A DNA stretch of 59,891 nucleotides, filler included, from Bonamia ostreae (GCA_040357525.1; 7 parts of 7 records of this genome joined end to end with filler, not necessarily neighbours in it), one strand, 5' to 3'. Shown: positions 1-13,641, numbered from the whole stretch's first letter. Notes: generated by a model from the sequence alone, not told the origin. Program-made: numbers and translations.

Positions 1-3000
1 CAATTTTGAAATCAAAACAGACTTTTTGAAAATTAATTTTCCTTTCGAAATCACATTTCTGTTATAATTTTTAAAATCTTCTAAATTTTTTAGAAATACA
101 AAATTTGAAAAAATGCAAATTTAAATTTTAAAGAAAAATAGGAAAATTGAATCTCAAAAATCTTTTTAAAACGTCTTCTTCTCTTTTTTTTGAAGACGTT
201 TTAATATTTTTAAAACCGAAAAATGATTTGATGTTCAAATCAGGTGAAAAAGATTTTTCAACATCAAGACTCGCCGATATTTGGGAAAAGCAATTTTTGA
301 ATTTTTTAAATAACAAAGTTTAGTTTTAAAAAAAAATTAGAAATACAATCCGCCGTTTTTGCAATCTATTTTACTAAAAATTGCCAAATTTTTTGTCGAT
401 AAAACAAAAATTTCGATAAAAAAGTTTTTAAAATATTTTGCAATTTACAATTTAATTGCAATAAATAAAACAAAAATTTTATTAATAAAACAGCGATATT
501 CTCTTAAAAACGATAAAATTTAATTGTAATAAAACAAAAGTGTTCATATTCGTTTGGATTTTGGAGATACGACATTTGGCTTAAAATCGGAGTACATTAC
601 AAGTACAAAGTTTAAGGACAAACTTTCTACACTACAAAAACAATTTAAGATCATTCATATTATTGCTGATTTTGACAACAAAACTAAAAATCTAAATTTT
701 GACGAAAAATCGCAAAATTTTCAAAATTTTGACATAATCGGATATAATATGATATCAAACGTAAATTTGAGCGCGGAGAAAAAATTGATCAAAAACAATA
801 AATATTTGATGGCGCCATTAATCAAAATTTTGATATTTTTAAATTGTTTTCGATTGCAAATAAACCAATTTCAGTCGAAAAGATTAATCCAAATTATCGA
901 ATTGATTAATTTTTATTATGTTTATTTTTAGCTAAAATTTAGCTTTTCACAATAACAGCTTTATTTACAATTATAACAATTTTGCCTTTTATTATGTTCA
1001 TTTACAATCCAAAATTATCTTCTTATTTACAATTTTAGATAATTTTGCTTTTTCAAAAAATTTGAAATTGCCTTCATCAAAATTTTGGTATAAAAAGGAT
1101 TTCAATGAAATGTTCGAAAAACGACCAAAAATGACAATAAATGAAAACCCAATTTTGTGGTGGAAATATTTGATATCCTCAATCGCCCTCAAAGACAACA
1201 ACAAATCGCGAAATATAAATTTAGACAATCAGATTTCCGAACGAAAAGAATACGTTAGCAATTATATGAACGCAAAAATCGATGAAAATGGATTTTTTGC
1301 AAAGAAATTGGCCGATTTTGAAAAAAAATGCGATTTGCAAAAAATTATAAATTTTAGAAAATTTGCTATTTTAAAGAATAACAAAAATTTTGACAAATTT
1401 GATTTTTCTGAACGAATCAGTAAATCGTCTCTTGTCGATAATACGACTTTTGACGTTTTAACTAAATTTAATAAAATTGAAAAACAATTTATAAAAAGAT
1501 AAGAATAAATTTGGGGAACACAAAAGCAATTCTAAAAAACAAAAAATGGGAAAAGTCATTTTTCGGAAATGGAAATATTCAAATTTTAAAACAACCTTCC
1601 AAAGTCAACATAAATATCAGTTCTTTGCAAATCAAGTTTTTAAAAAATATTGAACGCAACTTTTAATAAATTAAAAAGACAAATAACAAAAAATCGATTA
1701 CTTTTAAATGCGATTAAAACGTTCGAAAAGAGGAAATTTGTTGAAAATGACGATTATTTGATAAATTTAAGTTTTGCTGAAATCGAGATTATTGAATTGA
1801 AGGAAACGATTTTGCTTTTAGAAGATTTATTAATTTTTACAGAGATTTCTTTTTTAAAATGTCAAAACCAAATGAAACAACTAAATTTTGTTAATTCGAC
1901 AAAATTGTTTTTAGATTAAAAAATTTGATCATTAAAAACAATTTTTGAACATTTAAAAAATTTGACCATTAAAACATTTTTTTGATTATTGAAAAAATTG
2001 ATTATTAAAAACAATAAAGAAAAAATTTGTCCAAAACAACAAAAATCCAATTGCTAAATATTCGAGATTTGATTTTAAATTTCTGCCATTATGATAATTT
2101 TAAGATTTGCGTTAAAGAAATGAACTTTTTGCGAGATTTGCTAAAAAATTACTTTATAAATTTTACCGATTTGGAACTTTTAAATAAAGACAATCCATTT
2201 TTAGCAAAAATCGACTTTTGTGAAATTGATTCAAAACAAAATTTTTGCAAAAAGTTTAATTTTGAAAAATATAAATTTTTAGCATTTCAAATTTTGAAAT
2301 CAGCGCAAACAAAATAAAAATTAAAACGAAACCGGAAAAACTTGAAAAATTTGTAAAAATGTTTAAAAACGATTTTTCATCGAATTCTGGAGAAATAAAG
2401 AAAAATTTAAAATTTTGCGCAAAATCGCTCAATTTAAATTTTGAAATCCCAAAACATTTTTTTAGTCTTTGTTTGGAAGATTTTTCTTATTCGAGCTATC
2501 AAAACTTTTTTGTCGAAATTCAAGCTCAAAAATGCGATTTTGATTGTTTGCAAAACGGAAAAAACAAACAGATTTTCGGAAATTTCGCCAATAGCAAATT
2601 TAACAAAAAAGCTTTAAATTTTCGTATCGAAAACAAGTCATTTTACAAAATTTTTAAAATAGTGAAATTTAAAAACATTTTTAAATCATGGCTAAAAATC
2701 ACTAAACTTTAGACAACAAATCCAAAAAATTAACCTAAATTTGAACGACGCAATTATCGGAATAAACCAAAAAGCAATAATCGCTATTTGGGACTCTATT
2801 TTCCGATTTTACACAACTTTTTCACAAAATTCAGCAAACGAAAAATTGCCCGAAAATTTCTCAAATTTAGCAAAAATTCACAAAAAGTCAATTTTTGTCG
2901 ATTTCGACAACACAAAATTTGTCGTTTTCGACGAAAAAAATTTGCAATTTTCCCATTTTGTCTTAAACTTTTTAAGCTTAAAATCCGATTTAAGTGCGAG

Positions 3001-6000
3001 AGAACAAAAATTTAAGTCCGAAGCTAGAATTAATTTATCGAACCTCTTTATCGAAAAATTGTGTCTTTTAGAAAATAAAAACAAAATTTTGAAAAATGAA
3101 AATATTGTTTGTTGCGTTGAACAAGATTCGCTGCAAACTTTAACAGAAATTGATTTTAAAGAACTTCTGCTAAATTTTAGTCCAAATTCAGTTCAAAGAT
3201 TATCAGATTTCTTTGAAAAATCGCCATTAATCGCAAAATTCTTAAACTTAAGTCAAAAAGAAAATCTCGAAAATGAGAAAAAATTCGTATTAAAAGCAAA
3301 ATTTTGCGAATTTCAACTAAACTTTGTAGATTTTGGATCAAATTCGTTAAATCCGTTTTCTGTTGCTATAAATGGCGAGATTTGTGTCTTTCCGTTCCAA
3401 TTTGGCCAAAATGAAAAATTTGACCAAAAAACAATTGATCGAAACGCGAACAGTGAAAATAGCGAAAAAACGACATTAACGGGCGATTTTGAAAATGTCA
3501 AAATTTTACCGAATGGCGGAATGCCAAATTTTGAATTGTCTAAATTTGAATTTGCTGTTTTATTAGCGCTCAAAAAATCCTTCGACAAGATTGATTTTCG
3601 TCAAAATGTTAAATTTTTAAAATTAAGTCGAATATGAAAACCGGTTTTTCGATAACGAAAGTGATTATAAAAATAAAAAACGAAAATTGCGATTTGATCA
3701 GATTCAAATTAAAGAACTGCTTTGGTGCTGTTTCGCATTCAAACATTATCGAAAATTTTCAAATTTTTTGCGAAAACTTTGTTTTTCAAATTTTTACCAA
3801 AATTGAAAATTATTAACAAATCGAAAAATTTAGACAATGAAAACAGAAAAAGAGCAAACAAAAGTTTTGTTGGCCAAATTATGGAATTTGAAGGCTAATT
3901 TTGCAAGTTTTAAATTTTGCAATTTTTGAAAGACCAAAATTTGAAAATTCAAATAAAGAAATCCAGTTTTGCAATTTCGCCTCAAATAAACGACTTTTTT
4001 GAGATTGCTAAACAAAGTTACGCAGTTTTGGAAGAAAACAAATTGATTCAAAATGACCAAATTAGTTTAGCCGATCAAAGCAAAAATTTTGCTGCTAAAA
4101 GCAATTTTTTGGAAATCAAAAATATCGAAACAAATTTAACAGATTTGCAAATTATTTTTTTACCAAATTTTGAAAACTTTGCAATTGCGAAAATGCAAAA
4201 TTTTGATAAAATTTTGGCCTTAAAATTTATATCAAACGATATAAATGTTCTGAGCTTTATCGGAGACAATAAACTTGTGATTAATGCAAAAATTCCATTT
4301 TTTAAAGCTTTCGACGGATTTTTAGATGATTTTAAAGAAATGGCTTTAAAGGACGAAATTTTGTTTTTCGATTTGCAGCATTTTTATGTCGAATTTATTG
4401 ATAAGAAATTTAACTGGATCAACGAGGACGATAATGTTTTGATAAAAATAATTTTGACAAAACAGAAAAAAATTTTGTTGTCTTTTCTGCAATCGGTTGA
4501 AATAAGATTAAACGAGAGAAACTTAAGACTTTTAAGAAACTGTCGCAACTTTTTGGACGATCTTCTTTTCTCTAAAAATGCAAAAACAGCAGAAAACACA
4601 AATTTGGCCAAAAGCGAAAATTTGGCAAAAAAAACAAAAAACGATCGAAAAAAGGATTTAAAAATTGGAGTGTTTTCGAATGAAGGATTGGATGTTAAAG
4701 AAGTAACTGCAACAATTTTGGATTACCCGTTTATTGAAGCCAGATTTATGTTAGAAGAATGTAAAATTGTGACCTTACATTGGGTGAAAGATGTGAATTT
4801 GGATAAAATAATTTTTTTCCCGCTGACAAAATTTTGGTTTAAAAATGTCGACGCGGATTTTGGATCGTTTAGCGATTTTAGATTCGGAAATGTTAATTTT
4901 TGGTCTGTTTTGACTTCTTTTAACGAAGAGTTTTTTTCATTTTTAAAATAAATTTGATCAATTTTTATTTTGCAGTTTTAATATTTTTCTTTTTGCAATT
5001 TAATCGATTTTTGTTTAAGCAAATCATAATCAATGATATAAAAAAGATTAAACGAATCGCCAATTTTGGAATCAAACGATTACGAATTTTGCTTTAAAGA
5101 AAAAAACAAAATACAAAAATTTTACTTCAAAACGAAAAAAGACACCAACATTAACATCATTTCTCATTTCGCTTTACAATTCAAACATTTGTCGGAAATT
5201 TTAAACCTCTGCAAAATGAAAAAAATTTACAAAAAAGAGGACGAAAAAAACAGTGTTCTCAAATGCGCCAAAAATTGCATTTTTTTGAAGAATGAATTCG
5301 AAGTTGCAATTTTGCTGGAAATAGAAAACGAATTGACGAGAATAGAGCCGTTTGGATTTTGTTGTTTAGTTGTAGATATTGGTTTTTCAATATTTATTCG
5401 AGGACCATTTTTCAAAATTATAATTAAAAAGACGCAAAAGCAAACATTTACTTGGAAGGTTATGAAACCTCTCCGATCGTAGACATTCCTCTTCTTTCGA
5501 AAGCATTAAATGTGCACATGGTCATCCCAAAAAACAGCGTCGCAAAAAGCATTCGAAAATATAAAAGAAAGTTAAAACGACCGAAGAGCCAAATGTCAAA
5601 ACTTCGAGTTTTTGACAGAAAAATGAATCGAATTGAATCTTCGAGCCGTTCTTTCCATTTTCACAAAAATGCAACATCTTCGAAGTGCAAAAGCAAAAGT
5701 TCTTATTTGGAAAAAGCTGACGATTCGGACGATTTTGACATTGTTTCTAGTTCTGAAAGCAGTTTTTTAACTTTAAAATTTTTTTCTTTTTCGATTTTCT
5801 ACAGTTTTGCAAAACAAACAAATTTTTGAATAATTCAAAAAACAAAAAGTGAGCTTTGAGAGTAAAGGGTCACTGATCTACGAAGATTACAAAGAAAAGC
5901 AATCGAGTTTTCTCGTTCTAATGGAGACAATTCCACAGGAAAGCGCGACAAAAATACTTTTGCACAGTTCCGTCAAAATTTTGAACAAAACCGAAATCGA

Positions 6001-8628
6001 TTTTAAAATCGACTCTCTTATCGTCAAAAAAGGCGAAGAAAAATGGCTTTCACTCGAATCTGCAAAGTTTAAAATTTTTAAAATTTTAATTCTTCCGCAA
6101 AATTTTATCAAAATACAAAATTTCTAAGCGCTGGAAACTTTGATTTCGAGCCTTTATTCGGCGAAAACAGTCATTTTGAATGCGAAAAAACAAAATTTTG
6201 GTTTGAATCGGTTGATTCTGTTTGCAAAATTGTCGATTCTTTCTTAAAAAGAGATCCGAAATCGTCTCTAACTTTCTGTTTTGTCGTTTATTATAATTAG
6301 AACAATAAAATTTTGTCAAAAATGTCGAAAAAAAAATTGTAAAATTGCCAAAAATTTAAAATTGTCAAAAAGATGAGTTATGATAGATCCCCAAAACAGA
6401 AAACGATTAAAATTTTTCCGTTTTTCAGATTTGTAAATTGTCTTCCGGAAGATATTGTCGTCACTATCGATGATAATAAACCAAAACTAATCAAAAGCGG
6501 AAGTTCTTCCACGTTCTTTAACGGTTCCCAATTTATCATTTATCGATTTGCCATTTTCAAAATTTAACGATCTCTCAAATTTGAAATTTAACGAAAAAAA
6601 GTTCAAAAAGAGAGTAAAATAAGAAAAATAGAAATGGGGAGGATTGGATTCAAAACTACAAAAGAGATTATAATACGTCACGTTCAAAATATTTAAATTT
6701 TAATAAATTTAAAAATCAAATTGATTGTAAAATTAGAATTTGAAAAAATTGGGAAAAAGTGTAAAAACGATAAAAATCGAAATGGAAAATGACGAAAAAG
6801 TTAAATTTAAGGTCAGTTGCGAATTGAAATTGAAGAACTTTAAACTGAGCGTCAGTCTTTTTGTGCCGATTTGGCTGTTCGATTTTACTGACAAAAATTT
6901 GATATTCAAAAGTGCTAAGGATGGCGTCTCTATCTCTCCGGTTTATTTTTGTTAAAGACCAATTTTGTCCATTTGCTGATTTTGACCAATTTATAACAAA
7001 ATTTTTGACATATCTTTTTGCGAGAAAACAAAAACGAAAATTTTTAATTTGCCGACCAAAAAAATAAAATTGGGTCGTCCTTTAAACAAAATTAAAAATT
7101 TTTAATTTTTGGGCGCAAAATAATTGAAATAAAATTAACAAAAATTTAGCCGAAAAAGAGCAAAAATACAATAAACTGCCAAATGGTAGACGAAGACAAA
7201 AATAGCGCTTTTCTTTTATGCAAAACTCCAAACTCGAAAAACTTTTCAGATCCGTTCAGCCTTGAAGCGATCGAAACGATTTCAACCATTTCGAACGTCA
7301 CCGAATCCCAACAAAACAAGATTTTGTTGATAGAACTGACCTACAAAACCATTTTCGGCAAAGACAAATTCTTTCGAACCAAAATCGCAAAGTTCCATCC
7401 CAAATTTGTCGTTCAAAACAAACTTCCCTTCTCTATTCTTCTACGCACTTCTGATATTGGTAACTTTGATATTTTATAAACAATGAAAAAAGTAAAAATG
7501 TCTTTTTTATAAACAACGAAAAAAGTAATAATTTCGTTTTATAAACAATGAAAACAGTAAAAATGTCTTTTTATAAACAACGAAAAGAGTAAAAATGTCT
7601 TTTTATAAACAAACAATAAATAGATTGCGACAAAAATGATTCAACATCGTCTTTAGTTACAATAAAATCGATGAGAACATTAATAACGTTTCCCAAATCA
7701 TCGACAACTACAAAATCATCACCTTCTTTAACATCGCAAAAAAGAAAAAATTCGGAGATAAAAATCGGGGAAAATGAAGTGAAAATGTTCTATTTCGCGC
7801 TAGAAAAAGATAATAAACTTGGAAGAAAGATATCAATAAAAGACGAAAAAGAAGAATTCGATTGGAGCAGTTTTGTAGACGTCGAAATGGTCGGCGAAAA
7901 CTATTTGAAACTGAGTCGCTTTTTCGAGTTGAATCGGTTTCTAATAGTTTCGGTCGACATCATTTTGAAGGGCGCTACATATTTTATCGTTTTCTATATG
8001 AAAGATTTGGCGTTGTTGCCGTTTCTTATCGGTTTCTAAATTTTTGTAAGTTGTTTGACTTTTTGTAATTTTGTTTGACTCAATTTTATCATTAACTGCC
8101 ATTTTTATAATTTTGTTTAGACTAATTTTATCATTAATCACCATTTTTGTTCGACTTGTTTTTAAAAATTGCCATTTTTTGCATTGATCGATTGTTCAAA
8201 AAACATATTTTAAGAAAACAGAACTTTAGATACGAAGATTCAGATAACACAAATAAACTTTGACAGCTGGATAACATTGGGATCAAAACAATCGATATAT
8301 TTTGCTTGGAACGACCCCAATAAGTTTTAACATAAAAAATTTTACCAAAATAAAAAAAAACTCCCATTTTTTAAATAATTACTACAAAAAGTTTTGCTAA
8401 ATTTACACTAAAAATTAGACTAAAGAAAATTAAAATACGGATAAAAGGTGATACTACCACAGAAAAAATTCTTCCGTTCCAAAACAACCAACAAGACAAA
8501 ATAAAAATCGGCGCTTTGAGGAAAGTCTAGGTTTTCGTTTGCTAAAAAGCTATGACAACGGTTAATTTCTTAAGTGAAAATTTACTTTAAAATATTTGAG
8601 CAGTCACAAAAAACGACTTTAAAAATTN
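1..8628 (+). CDS. VPS13: VPS13-family lipid transfer protein, multi-exon, partial at both ends
   Basis: Chain of + strand exons with VPS13-like motifs: NPILWWKYLISSI / RKEYVSNY / LADFEKKCDLQKIINFRKFA (N-terminal region) and FSDPFSLE, TKIAKFHPKFVVQNKLP, FDWSSF (SHR-BD/VAB repeats). Exon boundaries not fully resolved. Confidence 0.7.
7477..7612. repeat. Intronic tandem repeat (~35 nt unit, TTTATAAACAAYGAAAA..GTAAAAATGTC)
   Basis: About 4 imperfect copies inside a VPS13 intron. Confidence 0.8.
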
Positions 8629-8727
8629 NNNNNNNNNNNNNNNNNNNNNNNNNNNNNNNNNNNNNNNNNNNTTAATTAATTAANNNNNNNNNNNNNNNNN
8701 NNNNNNNNNNNNNNNNNNNNNNNNNNN
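8629..8727. other. Artificial scaffold joiner N-TTAATTAATTAA-N (also at ~17344-17443, 26020-26119, 34657-34755, 43106-43205, 51502-51601)
   Basis: Identical all-frame-stop linker flanked by N runs at six places; genes are truncated at these points. Confidence 0.95.
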
Positions 8728-8784
8728 TCTATGTGTCGTCGCGATTAAACGTAATTCTGATTGAGCCAATTCTGTTTTATTTAA

Positions 8785-9032
8785 AATTTTGTTTTAATGA
8801 CATTTTCTATTTTTTGTTTAATTTTGTTTTAATGACATTTTCTATTTTTTATTTTAATTTTGTTTTAATGACATTTTCTATTTTTTATTTTAATGACATT
8901 TTCTATTTTTTATTTTAATTTTGTTTTTAATGACATTTTCTATTTTTTGTAATTTTGTTTTAATGACATTTTCTATTTTTTGTTTTAATGACATTTTCTA
9001 TTTTTTATTTTAATTTTGTTTTAATGACATTA
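8785..9032. repeat. Intronic tandem repeat (TTTTAATGACATTTTCTATTTTTT.. unit)
   Basis: About 7 imperfect copies directly after the RPA1 NADFDGD exon. Confidence 0.85.
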
Positions 9033-11677
9033 TTTTTCTAATTTTTATTAATTTTACTCCCCAAAAACTTGTTTGCGGAAAGTGCATATTTATTTCATCT
9101 CCATCAAAATCAGCGTTATAAGTGCTGCAGTTTGTGTAATGAAGACGGAGTACTTGGTCTTGACTTGTCAAAATCCTCACTTTGTGCGCCATCATCGACG
9201 CCTTGTGCAGTGTCGGCTGCCGATTTACTAAAACATAATCTTTTTCGTCCAAATGTCTATAAACTCGTTTTGACGTTCTATCGCGTTGTTGAAATTATTA
9301 AAATTCAAAAATTTCAAAAACTGTTTAAAAATAAAAACAGAATAGAACTGATGTTTTTCTTGTCCGAAATTCCTGATTGAGTTGCGGTAAGCGCGCCGGC
9401 CATTATTTTACGTTCTTGTTTCGATTTCATTTCGAGATCTATCAAATAACCATTTTGATCTTCTATAAAATTTGCTCCCGGGTGAACAAGGGGCCCGTTC
9501 TCTATTGATCGCCTTTAGATTTAGCATTAAAATTTGCTTTTTTTTAAATTTACTCAAAATAAAATTTGGTTTTTTAGCAATTTATTCAAATCAAAAAAAA
9601 ATTTGGTTTTTTTAGCAATTTATTCAAATCAAAATAAAATTTGCTTTTTTTAGCAATTTATTCAAATCAAAATAAAATTTGGTTTTTTAGCAATTTATTC
9701 AAATCAAAATAATTTGCTTTTTTTAGCAATTTATTCAAATCAAAATAAAATTTGCTTTTTAGTAATTTATTCAAATCAAAATAAAATTTGCTTTTTTTAG
9801 CAATTTATTCAAATCAAAATAAAATTTGATTTTTTAGCAATTTATTCAAATCAAAATAAAATTTGGTTTTTTTAGCAATTTATTCAAGTCAAAATAAAAT
9901 TTGGTTATTTAACAATTTACAAATTAAAAATTCGATAACACAGAAACTTCAAAAATGCAATGTTTTGCTCTGTGACCGATTCCGGAAAAGTCAGTTTTTT
10001 CGCAAAGTTTTCCGGAACGCCAATTTCTGTCGACTCGATCCACAAATCCGGTGAAACAATCGATCGAGCCGCGTAGTTCACTCTTTTGCCCATCAAATTT
10101 CCTCTGATTATCCCGGTTTTCTTTTCTATTATCTGCTTGACACCAAACTTTCCGCTGTTTTTACTGTTAAATAAATCATCGACAAGCGATTGCGCTTCCA
10201 AAATTATATTTTTAGCTTTTTTTTCGATTTTGGCTAAATTTTGAAAATTAGGTTTTGAGTCGTTTTCAAGATTTTTCTTGTTGTTCAAGTTCTCTGTTTT
10301 AACGCCATTTTCCAAATTAATTTCAACTTTAACGTTGTTTTCTAAACAAATTGGCAAAAGAACCTTTTCGTTTTTTGCTAAAATTTTGGCCATTTTTGTT
10401 GAAATTTTTTATCAATTTGACAAATTTCTGATTACAGAGCATTATTTTTTCGAGACAAATTGTTTTTTCGTTATCCAACGTTTCGTTGCCGATAATGTTG
10501 ATCGGACGATATTTTGATGGTGATACCAATAAAGTGGTAATAAAGAAGGTGTCAAATCCTTTAAAGTTCTTTGAAAAAGAGTTTGTTAAAACTCCACAAA
10601 ATAGAGATAAAATTTTTTGATTTCGTTTCCAAAATTTTTTCAAATATGGTCTCAACTTTTTGTTATTTTATAGTCAGAAATTCAAAATTTTAGAAACAAA
10701 AATCAGAAAAAAATTGTATTTTTAGACAAAACCTCGATTGCCATAATTTCTTTATCTTTATTTTCCGCTAAAAATTCCGGGATAACTTTACCTTCCATTA
10801 ACTCTTCGTTGTGATTATATTGCTTTGTTTTCAATTTTTTGAAGACTAATGTCGAATTTTTATTTTCAAAAGTTGGATTGATGCAATCACAGTTTTTGCA
10901 TTTTTTATTTGTAGATTGTTTATAAAATTCTCTATTTATTAAAATTTTGAGAATAAAAACTTTACGACAATTTTTCTGAAAATTGCCTTTTCTTCATTTG
11001 TAAAGTTGTTTTGAAATTTTGAGTTTTTTTCCAAAACGGGATTTTCTTCTTTCAAAAATTCATCCAGAATAACCGATTTTGTAGTCTTATAATATTGAGC
11101 TTTTAATAGTTCTCCCTTTTCTATCATTTCCATTTTGTTGTAAAACGTTTTAATCTTTTATTTTTATGTTTTTGATATTAATTTCATTTTAACAAATTTG
11201 TTCATTTTTTTTATTTTATTTTAACAAATTTGTCATTTTTATTATAACAAATTTGTCATTTTTATTTTAGCAAAATTTGATCGTTTTTATTATTAATTTT
11301 GACAAAAATTTTCAAAAAACTTCATCGTTTCCAACACGCCATTTATTACAATACAAACAAGCAAGTTTTAGCATTCTGATAAGGCCATTGAATAGAACAG
11401 GATTGTAAAGCATAAATTTGAGTTCGATGTGCCCAAGATGACCCGGACAATGATTAATTCTTTGCTTGCAAGTTTTGCAAAGTGCAAAATCGCTCAAAGG
11501 GCCTAAAGATGGATCATATAAGCCATTTTCCACTTGTTCTCCCATTTTGTCAAAATTTCTGATGTTCGTTATTTCCTTCACCGAAATGTCTCTTATTTCT
11601 TCCGGAAGATAGACGCCGAACGAACAACCATTTCTCTTTTCCCAAACAGCAGATCTAGTTAAATCAGAGCTATCCAT
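9010..11677 (-). CDS. RPA1: RNA polymerase I largest subunit, multi-exon, 3'-partial
   Basis: [23 protein letters not shown] zinc site, [67 protein letters not shown] and [10 protein letters not shown] are Pol I-type signatures. Confidence 0.95.
9530..9915. repeat. Intronic tandem repeat (~37-38 nt, TTTTTTAGCAATTTATTCAAATCAAAATAAAATTTG)
   Basis: About 10 near-identical copies within an RPA1 intron. Confidence 0.9.
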
Positions 11678-11784
11678 TGTTTAAGCTCGAATTTTTTAGA
11701 CTAAACTAATATTATATGAAAATGCTCTGAAAACAGCGATTTTAAAGAAAAAATTATATTGAAGATAAATTAGTCAGATTTGAA

Positions 11785-12447
11785 ATGACTGCAAATATAT
11801 CGATTATGTTCATATTAGGATTGGCAACTGTGTGTTCACACGACTTTTTCAAGACATTTTCGAATCTTTACAGTTACAAAGATATCTTCGTACAGCACGA
11901 AAAATCGAGAGTAGTAACAGTACTCAGAGAAAACGGTTTCCAGTTGGATCTGAGTTTCAAAAACACCTCAAATGTCTATAGATACAATTTTGTCGATTCG
12001 GAAATGGTTTGCACACAAAAAAACGTCGTCGCAAATTCTTCGATTTTGTTATTGGAGGAAATCGAAGACACTTTTTCTTTAGAATCTCTTCCCGACAACT
12101 TGAAAGATTTGAAAGACAAAATTGCAAGCACATTTTTTCGATTTTTAAAAAACGACCTTAAAAAAATCGCGAACAAGAAAACTGAAAAATTTGGAAAAAC
12201 TGCAAAATCCCGAAAAAAATTTTTCGGCTACAAAATTTTTAACGAGAGTGATTTTTCTGACCGATTCACCAAAAAATATGTGAACGACAGCACAATAGTC
12301 TTCGCCACTGTGGTTTACAGAATTGATTATTCTGTTGATCCGGTATCGATTATTACTTTTAACGGTCACAGCGAGAAAAAGGTGAACGGCGAAATTATCA
12401 GAAAGCGTTTACTCGAAAAATTTAAAAATGTCTGCGCCGTTTTATAG
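11785..12447 (+). CDS. Hypothetical secreted protein (220 aa, intronless)
   Basis: Long ATG ORF with a hydrophobic N-terminus (MFILGLATVCS-HD) resembling a signal peptide; no family recognised. Confidence 0.65.
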   Translation: MTANISIMFILGLATVCSHDFFKTFSNLYSYKDIFVQHEKSRVVTVLRENGFQLDLSFKNTSNVYRYNFVDSEMVCTQKNVVANSSILLLEEIEDTFSLESLPDNLKDLKDKIASTFFRFLKNDLKKIANKKTEKFGKTAKSRKKFFGYKIFNESDFSDRFTKKYVNDSTIVFATVVYRIDYSVDPVSIITFNGHSEKKVNGEIIRKRLLEKFKNVCAVL

Positions 12448-12559
12448 TTCATAAAGATTTAATCTCTCCACTTTACATTGCACATTAGAAACATAGAAAC
12501 ATTTATTTTAATTTGGTATTAACGGATAAACTCTATTTTTTAACAAAATTATAATAAAG

Positions 12560-13468
12560 GAATCGGCGGGAATCAAAATTTGCTTTTTCAAAAGTTTGTG
12601 GAAAGACAACAAATATTATTTTTTCGACGATAGAATTTCGTCGACAGGTTTCGAAATAAAAATTAAGATTTTTCAATTTCGGATCGTTTTAGCACTTTGA
12701 TACTGAAACTTCATTATTTATCTCTCGGAAGCGAGGTCCCAAGAGATTTTTATTTTGTTTGCGACGAAAAAGTTTTATTCTAATTTTTAGGCAAAATCTG
12801 GAAAAGTCGTTGAGGAAAATAAAGGTTACTTCTATATGAAGACAGCGGCAGCCTGTGTGTTTCAGGAAAAATTGGAAAACGGGCATTCGAGTGAGTTTTC
12901 AGAAAACGATCCTTTGATCGCAGCCAATTTTGTAAAATTTTTTAGTTGGAATAGTCGTTGCGACACTTTTGTTTGTTTTATCAAGTCTTAGAATTCTGAT
13001 ATGCGGTTTTGCTTTGAGGGCGAGTTCCAAGGTTCCGTGGATGACAAGATCGTTGTTTTCGGCACTTTTAAAAAGTTTAGACAAAACAACTTTTAGTCGC
13101 AGCGAATGGCTTTTGACGAAAATTGGGTCCAACAGCGATTCTTCGTTTCTCTCCGCTTTTATGGGAAGAGGAGATTTTTGTGCTGATTCGAATGAATTTT
13201 ATAAAACTAAAGTTTGTTTTGAAAACAAAAGATGGTTTTTGTCTGCTACGACCAGTTGATGTTTGGAAGAGCATTCAAAATTTTGGATGTTCAGTTCGAG
13301 GGATGTAGCGGTGTTGTCACAATTGGCTCTTCGAATCTCTGTAAACATCCTTTCTTCACCCCGAATACAAACTACGACGAAATTATCTGTTTCCACCGTT
13401 CCTTCGCAGACGAAAATGTATTCGGAGCTGCAAAAGAGCTTAAAAAAGTGGAATTTGTGGAATATTAA
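12560..13468 (+). CDS. Hypothetical multi-exon protein (start uncertain)
   Basis: Successive + strand open segments separated by GTT...AG intron-like stretches, ending ...AAKELKKVEFVEY-stop at 13468. Confidence 0.4.
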
Positions 13469-13493
13469 AGATTTATTTAATTTTCGATTCACC

Positions 13494-13625
13494 AAAAAGT
13501 GAGCCGAGTCAGGGAGGGAAAGCTCATGACTCTACTGGAGACTAATTCCAGTGCTTGTCGGACTGAGCCAAGGCTGCCTACTGACGTCCATCTTTAAAAG
13601 ACAGAATATTCAGAGGCGGAATATT
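13494..13625. ncRNA. Candidate structured ncRNA of unknown class
   Basis: GC-rich island between two convergent genes with stems GAGTCA/TGACTC (13506-11/13527-32), TACTGGAG/TTCCAGTG (13533-40/13546-53) and AATATTC/GAATATT (13605-11/13619-25). Confidence 0.45.
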
Positions 13626-13641
13626 AGATTTATTTTTGCAT

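Noticed and set aside
1..8628. Many stops and frame changes suggesting pseudogenes or an alternative genetic code
   Set aside because: Where checked in conserved genes (RPL3, RPF2, CAF1, subtilisin), breaks are resolved by short GT-AG introns under the standard code.
8629..8727. Recurrent TTAATTAATTAA palindrome between N runs
   Set aside because: Artificial contig linker; adjacency across it has no biological meaning.
9530..9915. Regular ~37-nt repeats resembling a CRISPR array
   Set aside because: No unique spacers, no cas genes, and located inside a eukaryotic intron.
13520..13580. tRNA-like arm CTGGA-7nt-TCCAG (CTA or TAG 'anticodon') and SECIS-like ATGA
   Set aside because: No T-loop consensus, wrong loop bases at 33/37, and no complete SECIS core; kept only as part of the unknown RNA candidate.
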